The position numbers were made by a program, and so were the translations under genes. The notes below the pieces were generated by a model. It made no database searches, was not told the origin of the DNA, and worked only from the letters and a program-made list of their open reading frames with translations. From Octopus bimaculoides (taxonomy: Eukaryota), in assembly GCF_001194135.2 (NCBI RefSeq), contig NC_068985.1, forward strand, positions 57,058,944 through 57,122,943: 64,000 nt of DNA. Direction: 5' to 3'. Shown here in pieces: positions 39,224-51,885 of this stretch; the stretch's first letter is position 1; every line of letters begins with the position of its first letter.

Positions 39224-39610
39224 GTGGAGGCGCAATGGCCCAGTGCTTAGGGCAGCGGACTCGCAGTCATAGGATCGTGGTTTCGATTCTCAGACCGGGT
39301 GTTGTGACTGTTTATTGAGCGAAAACACCTAAAAGCTCCACGAGGCTCCGGCAGGAGAGGATGGCGAACCCTGCTGTACTCTTCCACCACAACTTTCTCT
39401 CACTCTTACTTCCTGTTTCTGTTGTGCCTGTAATTCAAAGGGTCAGCCTTGTCACACTGTGTCACGCTGAATATCCCCGAGAACTATGTTAAGGGTACAC
39501 GTGTCTGTGGAGTGCTCAGCCACTTGCACGTTAATTTCACGAGTAGGCTGTTCCGTTGATCGGATCAACTGGAACCCTCGACGTAGTAAGCGACGGAGTA
39601 CCAACAACAA
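39224..39610 (+). mobile_element. Third tRNA-derived SINE family, full length with TSD
   Basis: tRNA-like head GGAGGCGCAATGGCCCAGTG...GGTTTCGATTC; (CAA)n tail; target-site duplication CTTGTTAT at 39214-39221 and 39611-39618; homologous to 57463-57842. Confidence 0.92.
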
Positions 39611-40911
39611 CTTGTTATATATCCATATATATTGATTTTATTTACCGTACGCCAAATAGTCACTCTTTTTTTCTAGACGAAGCTATGAAGAATATTCTAC
39701 AAATACCTTTAACTTTATAGAAATCGCTGCGATTTTCCCCCAATTCACAAATTACCGTGTTAGGAAAATGAAGGACATTTCAAATACTGTATTCAAAGAT
39801 ATGTACGAAAGGACAATATGGTTCACTTCATCAATGAAAGCACATCAGTATTTCTATACAAGTTTCCTCTAACAGAATATAACGCGTTATACCACGCGAC
39901 AGTAAATCGTGTAAATCTGTGATCACAGCAGAAGCGAATTCAGTAAATCATTTTCTTTCTTGAAACCTTCATGCAGGAACTCTACATTGTGGTAGTTACG
40001 TACCTTTAATTGACATGGTTAACTGTAATTTCATCAATACAGTGTACAGCATTATATTTTTTGTTCCTATGATTATGGATGTATGAGAACAAAGGAGGTT
40101 TTACAAAAACTCGCTTCCTATAAGAGTTATCAAGGCAATCTTCTCTTAAACTACACACTACTGCCAGAAAATAGGAAGGGAAAATATTAAATAACTGTAC
40201 CCATCATTCAAAAGTGTATATGAATTTTGTGCTGTACTTTCGATAGTTGTTTTAGTTGCCTATGTAAGTGTAGACAATCTCGGCCCTTGAATAAGTGAAA
40301 TGCAAGGATATGAGAGTAGGAAGGAGAGAGGGAGCGCGACTAGTTCTGACACTCATCTTCAGCTTATTATTGTGAAACGTAAAAACAAGTGATTCCACAA
40401 TGGCACAGAACGCAGTCCACTCCTTGAAACGAATTCCTGACTTTATGGTCGTCGCTCGAAACCCTAAACAGTAATCTATATGCCTTCACATAATATACCA
40501 TGTTGTAATTAAAGACAGATTTTTTAGAGTTAGTTTTCATAAGATTAAAAGTAGAAAGAAAAACGCATATGGCTTGTTGAAGCCTTACTCAGACTGGTGA
40601 AATAGACAAGCAGTTTCTTCAAGTCGAAATCGGTAGATATCTGTAAATGGATGCCAGCGTTGATAAGAAAGACACGGCAATCTCAAAACGCGGAATCTGT
40701 TCCTCATAGAGAGCAGGATTATTCAGCTATGATTAGTAGAAGGTTCATGTCATTTATCTGACACTACCAAAGCAATATACATTGTTACGGATCCTTGTGT
40801 AGGACTATAAATACCACCATTACAGAATCGATAGATTATACACTGGCTCAGTATTGGAGAAATGTAATCCTGTGCTATCTCCATCAAATCAGTTAGAATT
40901 GCATTTAAGTT

Positions 40912-40947
40912 AATAATAATAATAATAATGATAGTAATAATAATAAC

Positions 40948-40985
<38 letters not shown>

Positions 40986-41019
40986 TAATAATAATAATAA
41001 TGATAATAATAATAATATT
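40912..41019. repeat. (AAT)n microsatellite
   Basis: Directly visible. Confidence 0.95.
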
Positions 41020-41027
41020 AATTAGGC

Positions 41028-41293
41028 CGTGGCTCTCATGGCTTCTCATCTTAACTGATTGGAAGTGTTATCGTGTACGTTGTTTGTCATTTGCTAGTCA
41101 GTTGTTTGACAAGGGGTCCCACCTGCAAGCTCATGTACTCTTTATCTTGATATAAGCTCACCATGTCGCGCAGTTATGGTTGAGATGCATGTGCCTGGTG
41201 TACACTTATCAGACTGGTAGTCATGATGGGTATACTGGGCTTCGTATACTTTATACCAGTGTCACTTTGATGGCATGCTTTGCTCTCTTACCC
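41028..41293 (+). repeat. Unclassified interspersed repeat, internally deleted copy
   Basis: Shares start and end with the 41366-41920 copy but lacks most of the middle; followed by (AAC)n. Confidence 0.8.
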
Positions 41294-41303
41294 AACAACA
41301 ACC

Positions 41304-41352
<49 letters not shown>

Positions 41353-41365
41353 GAATATTAATAAT

Positions 41366-41920
41366 ATGCATCATGCCTTGATGCAGTACCAGGCAATGGC
41401 TTTCATGTATTTTGATCTTAACTGATTGGAAGTGTAAACATGTACATTGTTTTATCTTGGTATAAAAGATGGGCTACAACAAATATTCTGCTCAATACCA
41501 CGATTTGCATGTCAGTTGTTTGCCTTTAACCAATTGAGCATGTCTCTTAGTGGCTGACGACATGTGCATCTCTGATCACGAGCAAAAGTAGTGGGGGTGC
41601 ATCATAGCCATGCGTTGAGAGGAATTCTTTGGAGTTTGAATAATTCACCTCTGGAAACATGGGTGGTTTGTTCATCATCCTTAAACAAACTTTATTTAGG
41701 GACCTTTTGAGCAAGGTGAGCTACTCAACCTGAAGAAAATCCTAACTGGGCCCCACCTGGTGGAAGATCATGCGCTGTTTATCTTGATATGAGATCACTA
41801 TGCTGCGCACATATGGTTGCGATGCGTGTGCCTGGTGTACCCTTATCAGACGGGTAGTCATTATGTGTACATTGGGCTTCGTATATTTTACCCCAGTGTC
41901 ACTATGATGACATACGCTCA
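41366..41920 (+). repeat. Unclassified interspersed repeat (probable LINE 3' end)
   Basis: Clear homology to 50340-50820 and 41028-41293; common 3' end followed by (AAC)n or (AAT)n. Confidence 0.8.
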
Positions 41921-41974
41921 ACAACAACAACAACAACAACAACAATAACAGCAACTACAATAATGATAATAATC

Positions 41975-42645
41975 CTTTATTAGCCACAAGGGTCGACAAA
42001 AATAAGAGTGGACATTTCAAAACATCTAAGACAAAGTAGAGTTACGTAAAATGTCATGTAAAAAGTTGATAATGAAAAACATAACAAAGAAAATGCCTAA
42101 AAGAGGGAGGCTACACAGAGCTACACATGGAGACCTCACGAAACATGTACAAGCTGCCCGACCACTAGGGCGAAAGCCCTCTCCCCATTTTTTTCTTTTT
42201 CTCTCAGTCTTGAAAACTCAAAAGCGCATGCTCAAAGTAGAGCCGTGGACACATACCATCTTCGCCATATTAACCCACATTTCAGCAAATTTGCGGGATG
42301 TCAGCGCTTCTTTCTCAACCTTAACTTTCCTTTTCAGATGGTATCTGAAAAAGTTGATGACGGGTAGGCCAAAGAGGAAAGTATCTGCGTTCAGCCCTTT
42401 CAGTCTAAACCACCACACAACCTCTTCCGCTTCAGCCACGAGATAGATGGAAATTGCCTCCCCTTGCCGGCCAAAGGAATGCGGCGGGGCAATCCCCATG
42501 ATGGAATCAATCGACAAGCAGACAGACACGCCCTATACGTGACAGCAGATGTTCGGAATAAACCAATATATCAGATATGCTCGGGCACTGGACGAGTGTG
42601 CGAAGAACGGTTTCGTCGCTTTGCGCACATCTCAGGCAGGTCCGA
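41975..42645 (-). mobile_element. Tx1/L1-clade LINE 3' end
   Basis: C-terminal zinc finger CLRCAQSDETVLRTLVQC (His lost), FFRYHLKRKVKVEKEAL..RKFAEMWV, then 3' UTR ending TGTGGCTAATAAAG. Confidence 0.8.
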
Positions 42646-43540
42646 CTCTTCTGATGTACTCTTTCTCAATTTTCGTTTTAATTTCTAAACTTGTTACCCT
42701 GTAATATTTTAATACTCCTTGAGACTTATAACTCTGTCTTCCTTTCAATGATTTTAATGCCTGACCATCTGGTAATTGGATGCCTTCGCTGTTGACTCCC
42801 TGTCCCCTTTTCAGGACTAATATTGTACATCTATCTATGCCACATTCGATACGTATATCATAGCTGAAGAGTCTTACAGTCTGTATTAAGGAATTTGTTG
42901 GTGCCTTTTAATGCTGGCAATCTTTTTCTTACTTCTTTACTCTTTACTTCCTGCAACTCATCTAAAATCTTCTGACCTTCCTCACTTAAATCTCTTAAGT
43001 TGCTGATACCAGTTATCCCATCCTTATTGTTAGCGCTGTTGTTATTTGTCCTTTAGATTCTTCGTTGGTTTGAGCTATATCTCTTATGGAGTTGTTTGTC
43101 TTTCCTACTGCCTGGTCTTTCTTTTCCAGTTCTTTTGTGATCTCTTCTACCTCCAATTCTGTCATCCACTTTCTTCTAATAGCATTTGCTTGATCTACTA
43201 ATCTCTGCTCAGTCACTTTATATATAATCTTCTTTACCCAAAGTGTTATCATCCGTTTTCTATAGCCCATTCTGTTAGGTTTACTTGCTAAGTAGCACTG
43301 CATCACTATCTTATTTTCTTCGCTGGTCCACTCCCTCCTCGTTGCACTATTATCTGCTGATGCTCTATTAGGATAACAGCTGTGGTTAGTCTGCATCTTT
43401 ACTGAACGACTGCCGAGCGAGAGGCCTTCTCTTAATGTCTCACCTTCATTTTCGCTGTTACAGTAAGAATTTCTTCGGAACCTCCTCTCTCTCATAAACT
43501 CAGATAAGGTAACGTTCGTCACTATCTTCATCACCACTGT
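42645..43540 (-). mobile_element. R4/Dong-clade LINE, internally deleted
   Basis: N-terminus EWTSEENKIVMQCYLASKP..MGYRKRM...EQRLVDQANAIR...LPALK joined near 42900 to an RT piece DIRIECGIDRCTILVLKRG...SEGIQLPDG...YKSQG...EKEYIRRV. Confidence 0.85.
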
Positions 43541-43544
43541 TATT

Positions 43545-44060
43545 TTTCAACATCTGAAAGTTTCAAGCAATTATTTTTCTGTTGCATCATTTGTTGCATA
43601 TTTGTACTAGTGGGGGGATGCGTGCTGCATCTTTTGTGGAGGGTGGGGGTGGAATTGCTTTACTATGTTTTGTTATGGGATTTGGTTTGAGTCTTCTCTT
43701 CTATTAGTTTTTGTATTGTGTTATTTGTTGCGCAGTTTGTGTTTTTCTGTCGGACATCCGCTCTCCATGGCACATGTGGCTTTTGTACGTATTGTTAGGT
43801 ATTTCCAGTGTGAGTTTTTCTTGTATATATTTTTCTGGATTGAGAGGTATTGCTTAATAGTGTGTGCAGATCATAGATCAGCTACTTCTTAGTATTTATG
43901 ATTATCTGTCCGCTGTTCTTACTCTTTCTTCGTTGCCTTTGTTATGGGTGCCGTTTTTACAGAGTTTAGTTTTTTTAACTGAACACTACAGATGGAGATG
44001 TATTGATGTTACTTTCGTAGTTATAATTATTATTGATGCATCAGCGAGAGAACGAGAAGA
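43545..44060 (-). mobile_element. Possible LINE 5' UTR/ORF1 fragment
   Basis: A/C-rich minus strand like ORF1 at 591-2000; possible decayed knuckle SHMCHGE. Weak. Confidence 0.3.
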
Positions 44061-44468
44061 AATAACAATATGCCTATATACAGAGTTCTTGTATAAATAT
44101 GGATCTATTTGTAATTAAAATGTAAAATTTAAAATTTCCCTCACAAGTTTGCAGTTTTCGTATAGAAAGGTGTTTACATTTTTCCGCACATGTTTCTGTA
44201 GCATCTGGAGGAAGCTATGTTTTGTATGTATATATATATACTCCGTATAAGCAAGATCATTTAGTTTCCTGAGATGTCTTACATTTAGACATAGTTTTCT
44301 TTCATTGTTTTTGCAGATTATTAATTTCTGCTTCGTAATGCTTTCATATTTCAGCTATCTTTCCAACAGCTCGCTGTCACACTTCCATGCTGTTTGGTAT
44401 TCGCTGCGGTTTAATAATAATAATAATAATAATGATAATAATAATAATAATGGTAATAATAATAATAG

Positions 44469-44755
44469 AGGTAACTCGAATGTGGAATCTAAAAACAGAA
44501 ACAATTCCTATCATAGTAGGTGCCTTAGGTATAATACAAAATATTCAGACAAATACATAACAAAACATCAGGACTTACAAATATATATAACATACAGAAA
44601 ATTGCACTACTGGGCACTGCACACATCCTACGCAAAACACTTTCAATACAGTAACAATAAGAGCAACACAGCAAACCACAGCACATACCCAAGGCGCACA
44701 GAGCCGCGCTTGGTAGTGAAGTGAAAGCACGCTATAAAAATAAAACTTCTGAACA
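44469..44755 (+). mobile_element. R4/Dong-clade LINE 3' end (5'-truncated) within (AAT)n
   Basis: EVTRMWNLKTETIPIIVGALG...IYNIQKIALLGTAHILRKTLSIQ*; (AAT)n on both sides. Confidence 0.85.
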
Positions 44756-44785
44756 ACAATAATAATAATAATAATAATAATAATA

Positions 44786-44823
<38 letters not shown>

Positions 44824-44827
<4 letters not shown>

Positions 44828-44871
44828 TAGTTTTATTTTTATAACGTGCTTTCACTTCACTACCGAGCGCA
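44824..44871 (-). mobile_element. Inverted 3' tip of the same R4/Dong family (runs into a gap)
   Basis: Reverse complement TGCGCTCGGTAGTGAAGTGAAAGCACGTTATAAAAATAAAACTACTGAA closely matches 44705-44753. Confidence 0.85.
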
Positions 44872-45152
44872 NNNNNNNNNNNNNNNNNNNNNNNNNNNNN
44901 NNNNNNNNNNNNNNNNNNNNNNNNNNNNNNNNNNNNNNNNNNNNNNNNNNNNNNNNNNNNNNNNNNNNNNNNNNNNNNNNNNNNNNNNNNNNNNNNNNNN
45001 NNNNNNNNNNNNNNNNNNNNNNNNNNNNNNNNNNNNNNNNNNNNNNNNNNNNNNNNNNNNNNNNNNNNNNNNNNNNNNNNNNNNNNNNNNNNNNNNNNNN
45101 NNNNNNNNNNNNNNNNNNNNNNNNNNNNNNNNNNNNNNNNNNNATGTATTAT

Positions 45153-45225
<73 letters not shown>

Positions 45226-45229
45226 CATT

Positions 45230-46555
45230 GTTATTATTGTTGCCTTTGCACAGCTTCTAACGCTGGAGATGTACTACAGTGTCAGCAGTTCACTGCCAGT
45301 AAAATAGGCAACAACCTTTATTTTTCGAGCACCTTCCGGAGTATTCGAGCGGTCCCAAGCAGTGCTGTTTTCTGCAATTACTCCACCCTTATTGCAGCCC
45401 CTATTTGTTCCACGTACTTCTCGAGATTTTTGCTCCCAGGGCTCCGACGATTATTGTTACTACTGTGACCTTTTTCATCGAACAAAACTGCTTAAATTCC
45501 CAAGCTAACCTCTCATATCTCTCGACTTTTCTTTCTTCCTTATCGCATACCTTGTTGTGGGCTGGGCATGCTGTGTCTATGATCCAGCATAGTTAGTTTT
45601 CTTTCTCAATTAAGAGTATGTCCGGCTTCCTATTCTCAATCTCATGGTCGCACTGAATCATAAAATCCCATAGGATCTTTGCATTTCTATTTTCGACAAT
45701 GCCTTCAGGTTTGTGCTCGTACCAATTTTTTGTTCTGTCAAGTCCATACTTGTTGCAAAGTGTCCAGTGGACAAGCCTGACTATATTGTTCCTTCTGGGC
45801 TAATGGCGTACGTTGGCTGGTAATATGTCACCGTTTTGTCCACAGACTCTTCACTTTTCACTTTCTGATGTGTTGTCTATTCTGTATATTATGTAGTTTG
45901 TTTTTAGTGCCTGCTCTTGGGCAGCACAGATGAGTGCCTCCGTTTCCGGTTTTAAATGACTTTTAGTCATCCACAGCCATCATTTTTCTCTGTCTGTCTT
46001 ATCTTCAACATCCGTATGAAATTGACCATGCATTTTTTCTTTACCCACCTATTTTCAGTTCATTCGTTTTCAATTTCTTGTATAGTGCTTTATCTTTGCA
46101 CTCTTTCATCCTACACACGCCTGACTTTCCTACTTCTAATAATAGCGGTTGTGTGGCATTTTTTACATACCATGCTATGTTGTTTTCTTCTGCTCTAATG
46201 CTGTGTTCACATTCAATAAGTCCTCTTCACCATTTTTTCTTGGTAGATACTTTCTGTCTGTGTCACGTTTTGGGTGAAATGACCCATATCTAGCTAGCAA
46301 CTTCCTTGTCATTCTGTCTAAGCTGTTTAGTTCGTCTGCTTTCAATGCGATTACCCCTGATCCATATCTAAGGAGTGAAACTGCCCAGGTGTTGATAGCT
46401 TCGATCTTATTCCTTCCGCTTAATTTCGACTTTAGGATCAGTCTCAGTCTGCGTAAGTACTCCACCTTTACGTTCAATGTTCAAATTCCACCAAGGTCGG
46501 CTTTATTAATCTTGTCCCTCTCGCATGGGAGACACGTTGAATACAGATATATAGG
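45230..46555 (-). mobile_element. R4/Dong-clade LINE 3' 1.3 kb (RT C-terminus and REL endonuclease), decayed
   Basis: EYLRRLRLILKSKLSGRNKIEAINTWAVSLLRYG, FHPKRDTDRKYLPRK, ILWDFMIQCDHEIENRKPDI, WIIDTACP; ends in an (AAT)n tail at 45148-45230. Confidence 0.9.
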
Positions 46556-48425
46556 ATTGTCAACCTTTGAATGATTTTATATAAACCGATTAAAAACTCA
46601 AAACTATTACATCAAAAGACTCTAAGACATTTATTGAGCAAAAATACATGCCGGAATGTAGATTGAAAATGCATTTTATTAAATATATTTTAAAGAATTA
46701 CAACTCTGTATTCTTCATTAAATATATATATTTAATGCGACAATAATATAAAGAATTGCATCGTCATATAATTACCATGAGTAGCGTAGACGCTGCTTTC
46801 CAAGGGTTTGTATAACATGCGTTTCAGCATGATGCGTATCTGAAAATATAAGTTTACTTTGAGGTACTCAACCAAAATGATATAGTTAGATATTATACAG
46901 ATGCACAACTGGTTAGTGTTTCATGTATGAATTGTTGTTGGGATGATCATTAACGTTTGTATCTTGTCATTCTTCTATATATGGATATCACATTTATAAT
47001 ACGCCTAGCAAGCCAAGACGATCAAGATACTAAAATAGCATACACCCACCATTCTTAAAAACAACCTGATATGTGGTGCATTGTCTGTAAATATGATGAG
47101 GCGACCATAGGCAAAAACCCTTGATAATAGGTGAACTTAACCGTAGTTGTTCTGTCACTGACCACAAATGAGAAGTTCCCTCCTATATATATATTTCAGG
47201 TAATTGTTATCACTGTCTCTATCCTCTTAGTCCTCCTCCACTACAAAGTATACCATTCAATAATTTCTATTTAACCCAAGGCTTAACTTAATCAAACTGG
47301 CCGCTGTTCAACATTGCTGCAACTATCCCCTATGTTATGATCTGCCAAAAGATATACACGTCAATCTGTTTTGTAAGAAAGTTGACTGCTATTTGAAGGA
47401 CTTAAAACCTATATTTTTCTTTGATATTTAAACATAATTTTATATACTTAGTAATCAATCAAAGGAGTTATTTATTTTGTATATTTTATATTTTTCTCTG
47501 CTAAAGCTAGCATCCAGAGCGGCCACACGACTCTTCTAGTCTGTTAATGAAAACAAGGATCTCTTTCAGTGACTGACACCACATATATCACAGGAAATAC
47601 ATTTTTTTTTTCAATTTTGGGCTTCACTAGATTTCTGTCAAATCACATTGAACATTTATTCCTCTCAGACATTGATTTCTTCAGATCTTAGAACTATTAT
47701 TTGTGTATTGTATTCTGTCATCTCGCATGCCATTCACAAATGGATAGAATTCATTCTTGTCAGAATGAAATAATGTCATTCTTTGTGAGAGCATGTTTTT
47801 TGGTTTTGTTTCTGCCATTTCCAAACATAAAATTATCGATGTCATAGCATGTTCTTCTATTCAATATGTCTTTCAGCATTATATCATTAGCTATTTTCAG
47901 TTTAGAGTAGCGTCGTCCATGCCAAACTCTCATTTCATTAAAACACAAAATAGCAGTTGTTTGTTCCTTATATCATTAGTTCCTACACAGAGTAGGCTGA
48001 AATTTTTTATTCATATCAAAAACCGTAAAATGTTTCAAATAATTCTTCTGATTTTATACATAATTCCCGGAATGATAAAATATTAATAATTCCGCTCATT
48101 AATCGATCAATGAAAAATTTCCTTGAATAACAGCAACTGACTCTATTGACTTAGGGAAAATGAAGTGCAGATCCAACCGACGGTACTTGAATTCAGAGTG
48201 CTAAAGTCATTTAAAAATTTAGTCTACGTTTCTTTTACTTCTGTGAGACTTCTATATTATTGTCATTGATAAATACAACACATTGATAAATACCACACAT
48301 ATACGATGCATTAAAGGTAAAAGGAGCACCGGTTGTGTTTGAAAATTAAATATCCAGATCAACAAGTAAAAGATATTTTATATACCGCTTTTATCAGCCC
48401 TGAAAAGCACCCCCAAGACTCGTTT

Positions 48426-48620
48426 TCAGAGGCCAAGTTTATCCGACGCAGTATCTCCTCGTCGACACTCGGACTCCACACAGTCTCTTCTGCGCTTGCA
48501 GATTGAGGCAATATTAACGTGTTTCAACCTGTCAGGTATAGTCGTCTCCTGCCAACAGAAGAGAAACAGGGTGAAGATTGGATGTGAGGTAATGTTCGTC
48601 ATATCCAGCATGGCTGCAGC
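48426..48620 (-). mobile_element. RTE-type LINE RT fragment
   Basis: IFTLFLFCWQETTIPDRLKHVNIASICKRRRDC resembles L..LF..CW....PQD.K.ANI..IYK.KGD of RTE/CR1-type RTs. Confidence 0.6.
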
Positions 48621-49074
48621 CCAATGATTGGAACAGTAAAAGGTAAAGGATTAAATTAAACGCGCTCCCGTATATAAATAAGCTAGAATTTCTCATAACA
48701 AACAACCATAAACTAGAGAATCTGTTATGAGCTGTACGCCAATACAAGAATTGTGAAATGATTTCTGGATCGTCAGAAGCTTACATTATTTTCCTTACTC
48801 AGATCAAACTCATCGATCGACTGCTTTGTTTTTTTTATTCAGTTAGTAATTGTCTACGGGATTGTGCAATAGGTTCGTAGTTCTCTATTCTAACAAAATA
48901 AAAGTTAATAAACACATCTGAAAATAAAGTTAGATTTAGATACCGAAATGAAAGAATTAGAACAGAATTTCACATACAAGTGCTTTGGAATAAATGCAAT
49001 TCATGATATACAACAGAGAACGGAAAGAACTAGAAATAACAGACTACTACACAACAGTTAAACTAACAATGTTA

Positions 49075-49270
49075 TTAAATTTCGGCACAAGGCCGGCGAT
49101 TATTGAGAGAGGTAGTTGATTACATCAACCCCAGTACTTGACTAGCACTTATTACATCGACCCCACATATTTGAAGGCAAAGTCAACCTCAGAAGAATTT
49201 GAACTCAGAAGTAAAGATAGATGAAGTTCCACTATGCATTTTGGCCGGTATGCTAACAATTCTGCCAGAT
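49075..49270 (-). mobile_element. Second SINE family copy
   Basis: Plus strand GAAGGCAAAGTCAACCTCAGAAGAATTTGAACTCAGAA and GGCACAAGGCC. Confidence 0.7.
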
Positions 49271-49299
49271 AGCCACATTCAGTTAGTCAGATTAATAAT

Positions 49300-49420
49300 C
49301 CTTTTTACGATAGGCCGAAGGTTTCAAATTTGGGGGAGTGGAATAGTCGACTCCAGTATTTAACTGGTACTTAATTTATCGATCCCGAAAGGATGAAAGG
49401 CAAAGTCGACCTCGGTGGAA
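49300..49420 (-). mobile_element. Second SINE family, 5'-truncated copy
   Basis: CTGGTACTTAATTTATCGATCCCGAAAGGATGAAAGGCAAAGTCGACCTCGG. Confidence 0.75.
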
Positions 49421-49609
49421 GTCAGTCAGATTAATAATGACGGACAAATCTGTGTATCTGAAATAATATTAAGTGCACTACTCATCATTTTATTCATAAC
49501 CAGCAACTTCAGTATAATAATTGAAAAGTGAAATGAAATGCTTTGATTAGGAAACTAGAAAACCACTTACTGCATTTGGATCCGCCACCTTCAAACTGCT
49601 ATACGTATG

Positions 49610-49860
49610 ATACGCAATCATGTTTGGGCAGCGCCTTCATTGGTTTAACTGAATAAATAATCGCAGGTACATCTTTGTTTTTCAAGCCTGGTACGTTTTC
49701 TGTTCGTCTATATTGCCGAAACGTTAGATTTCAGGGATGAAAACAAACCAGCACTGTTTATGAAGTGGTGGTCGTGACAAACACTAACAGAAACACACAC
49801 ACACACATCATATGTGTGTGTGTGTCCGTCGAGCTTCCACACACTTTCCGTGTACTTCAC
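49610..49860 (-). mobile_element. Degenerate CORE-type SINE
   Basis: AAGCCTGGTAC...TTGCCGAAACGTTAG...AAACCAGCAC...GACAAACAC is a diverged reverse complement of 19450-19580. Confidence 0.5.
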
Positions 49861-50339
49861 AGAAAAGAAGCGGTTGAGGTCTGATTCCAGTAGTTAACTA
49901 TTACAAAATAAATAGTTTCAGATAATGTTTTAAAAAGAATGAGAGAGATGTATGAAGTAAAATATTTATTCTATATATAAAGATCAATAGTTTTTATGCT
50001 TAGAGCTAAATACATCAAGGTAAGTCATGTGGAGGGAGACAAAACAAACAAGTAAAGATTATACAAAACAACTGAAGAAAGTTTCAAGAATATCGCAAAA
50101 GGCAAAAATGAAGCGAGAAAAAATCTCTCCATTTGTAGACGAGTGTAAAAACTTGACAGAGAATGAATGAAGTAATATGAAATCAGGAATTCCATGATAG
50201 TTCCTGACCAAAGGCAAAATCGGAAGGTTTTGTTCGATGTAAAAGATCAATATTTAGGAAATATTATCATAGAACGAGAGGTTAACAATAATTACGTAAT
50301 CAACAGCAAGACAAAATGGAATATACGATATCTAATTAG

Positions 50340-50820
50340 CTCATTCTATCAAAGATCGTCTACAGCAAATATTTTCTTCAATACTACAGATTTGCTTGTC
50401 ACTTGTTTGACCTTAACCAATTGAGCATGTCCCTTGGTGGATGACGATATGTGCATCTCTGATCATGAGCAGAAGTAGTGGGAGAGCATCATAGCCATGT
50501 GTTGAGAGGAATTCTTTGGGGTTTCAATAATTCACCTTTGGAAACATGGGTATTTTACTCAACATCTTTAAGCAAACCTTATTCAGGGACGTTTTGAGCG
50601 GGATGGGCGACTCGATCTGAAGGAAATTCTAACAACTGGGCCCCACCTGCAAGGTCATGCGCTGTTTATCTTGATATGAGATCACAATATCGCGCATATA
50701 TAGTTGTAATGCATGTGCCTGGTGTACCCTTATCAAACGGGTAGTCATGATGGGTATATTGGGCTTCGTATATTTTACCCCAGTGTCACTTTGATGGCAT
50801 GCACTGCTCTCTCACTCAAT
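50340..50820 (+). repeat. Unclassified interspersed repeat (same family as 41366-41920)
   Basis: Long collinear homology; ends CTCTCTCACTCAATAATAAT. Confidence 0.85.
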
Positions 50821-50847
50821 AATAATAATAATATTTTTTTTTTTTTT

Positions 50848-51008
50848 AAAGTTTCAGCTTAGAGCTGCGGCCATGCTGATGCACCACCGTGAATTTACGA
50901 CAGGCTTCTTTCAGTTTCCGTCTACCAAATTCACTCACAAGGCTTTGGTCGGCCCGAGGCTATAGTAGAAGACACTTGCCCAAGATGCCACACAGCCACT
51001 CCTACGCC
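50848..51008 (-). mobile_element. Short double-deletion derivative of the CORE-type SINE
   Basis: Minus strand GGAGTGGCTGTGTGG|CATCTTGGGCAAG...GCCTGTCGTAAATT|CACGGTGGTGCATCAGCATGGCCGCAG lacks the tRNA body and the central microsatellite. Confidence 0.85.
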
Positions 51009-51029
51009 TATGTGTGTGTGTGTGTGTGA

Positions 51030-51045
51030 TAATAATAATAACAAG

Positions 51046-51119
<74 letters not shown>
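51030..51119. repeat. (AAT)n microsatellite
   Basis: Directly visible. Confidence 0.95.
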
Positions 51120-51120
<1 letters not shown>

Positions 51121-51656
51121 GCATACGATGATACCACAGTCCTGGATATTAAAATTAATGGAAACCCTCTGCCGCCTACCTTTTTGGTAGGTATAGAGTG
51201 CCAGTAATATTTTTAGGCGATATGCTTTGTGCATTATGAGCTGCTTTCTGTAACTTGACTTTTGTCCATTTTAGAAAAAGTGAAGTGTATTTTTATACTG
51301 CTATAATCCATGTAATTCTTACCTTAATGATATTCCCTTCTTATAATTTTGTTGAGAGCGCCTTTCTAATTCTCGCCTTGTACTTTTTGAAATTGGAAAT
51401 TTATGTCCGGTTCTCCTTCCCTTGTCTTATCCCCCGCTTCCTTGTCTTATCCCCTAGGTATTTGCAGCCGTCTTTATTCCAAAGCGATCTAATGCTGTCT
51501 AATGTTATGATCCATAGTTATTACTGCGCACTTAACGTCAAATAATTTTAGCTGCAGTCAAATATTTTTCTTGAATACTCTTAGTTTGAATGAAAGAGTC
51601 GATGGCTTTTCTATTTTTGTATATAATTTTGAGGTCATTCATGTAAAGCAGTTATT

Positions 51657-51702
<46 letters not shown>

Positions 51703-51799
51703 CTATATGTATGTATGTATTATATACATGTGTTTGTGTAATGTATATTATGTATATATTCGTGTGTATGAATGTATGTGTATATATGTTTAACATCAG

Positions 51800-51885
51800 T
51801 ATGTAGGAGACGCTCCCTCAAGTTGCCAGGGACTGAACAGGGAACCTTGTGGATGAGAAGCAAACTTGTTACTATGCTAGCACCT
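51800..51885 (-). mobile_element. Degenerate SINE head
   Basis: Reverse complement GTTTGCTTCTCATCCACAAGGTTCCCTGTTCAGTCCC...GTCTCCTAC resembles the 19188 head. Confidence 0.45.

Noticed and set aside
39224-39300. tRNA gene (also 57770-57842 and 19188-19260)
   Set aside because: These are SINE heads, followed by family body, simple-repeat tail and TSDs.
46805-46850. GCATCATGCT-GAAACGCATGTT on the minus strand as an HHR
   Set aside because: Core is CAGATAC and helix I is absent; too degenerate.
48426-48611. Apparent host exon with a good acceptor (CTTCTGTTGGCAG|GAG) on the minus strand
   Set aside because: The reading frame on both sides of the AG matches a LINE RT motif, so it is a retroelement relic.
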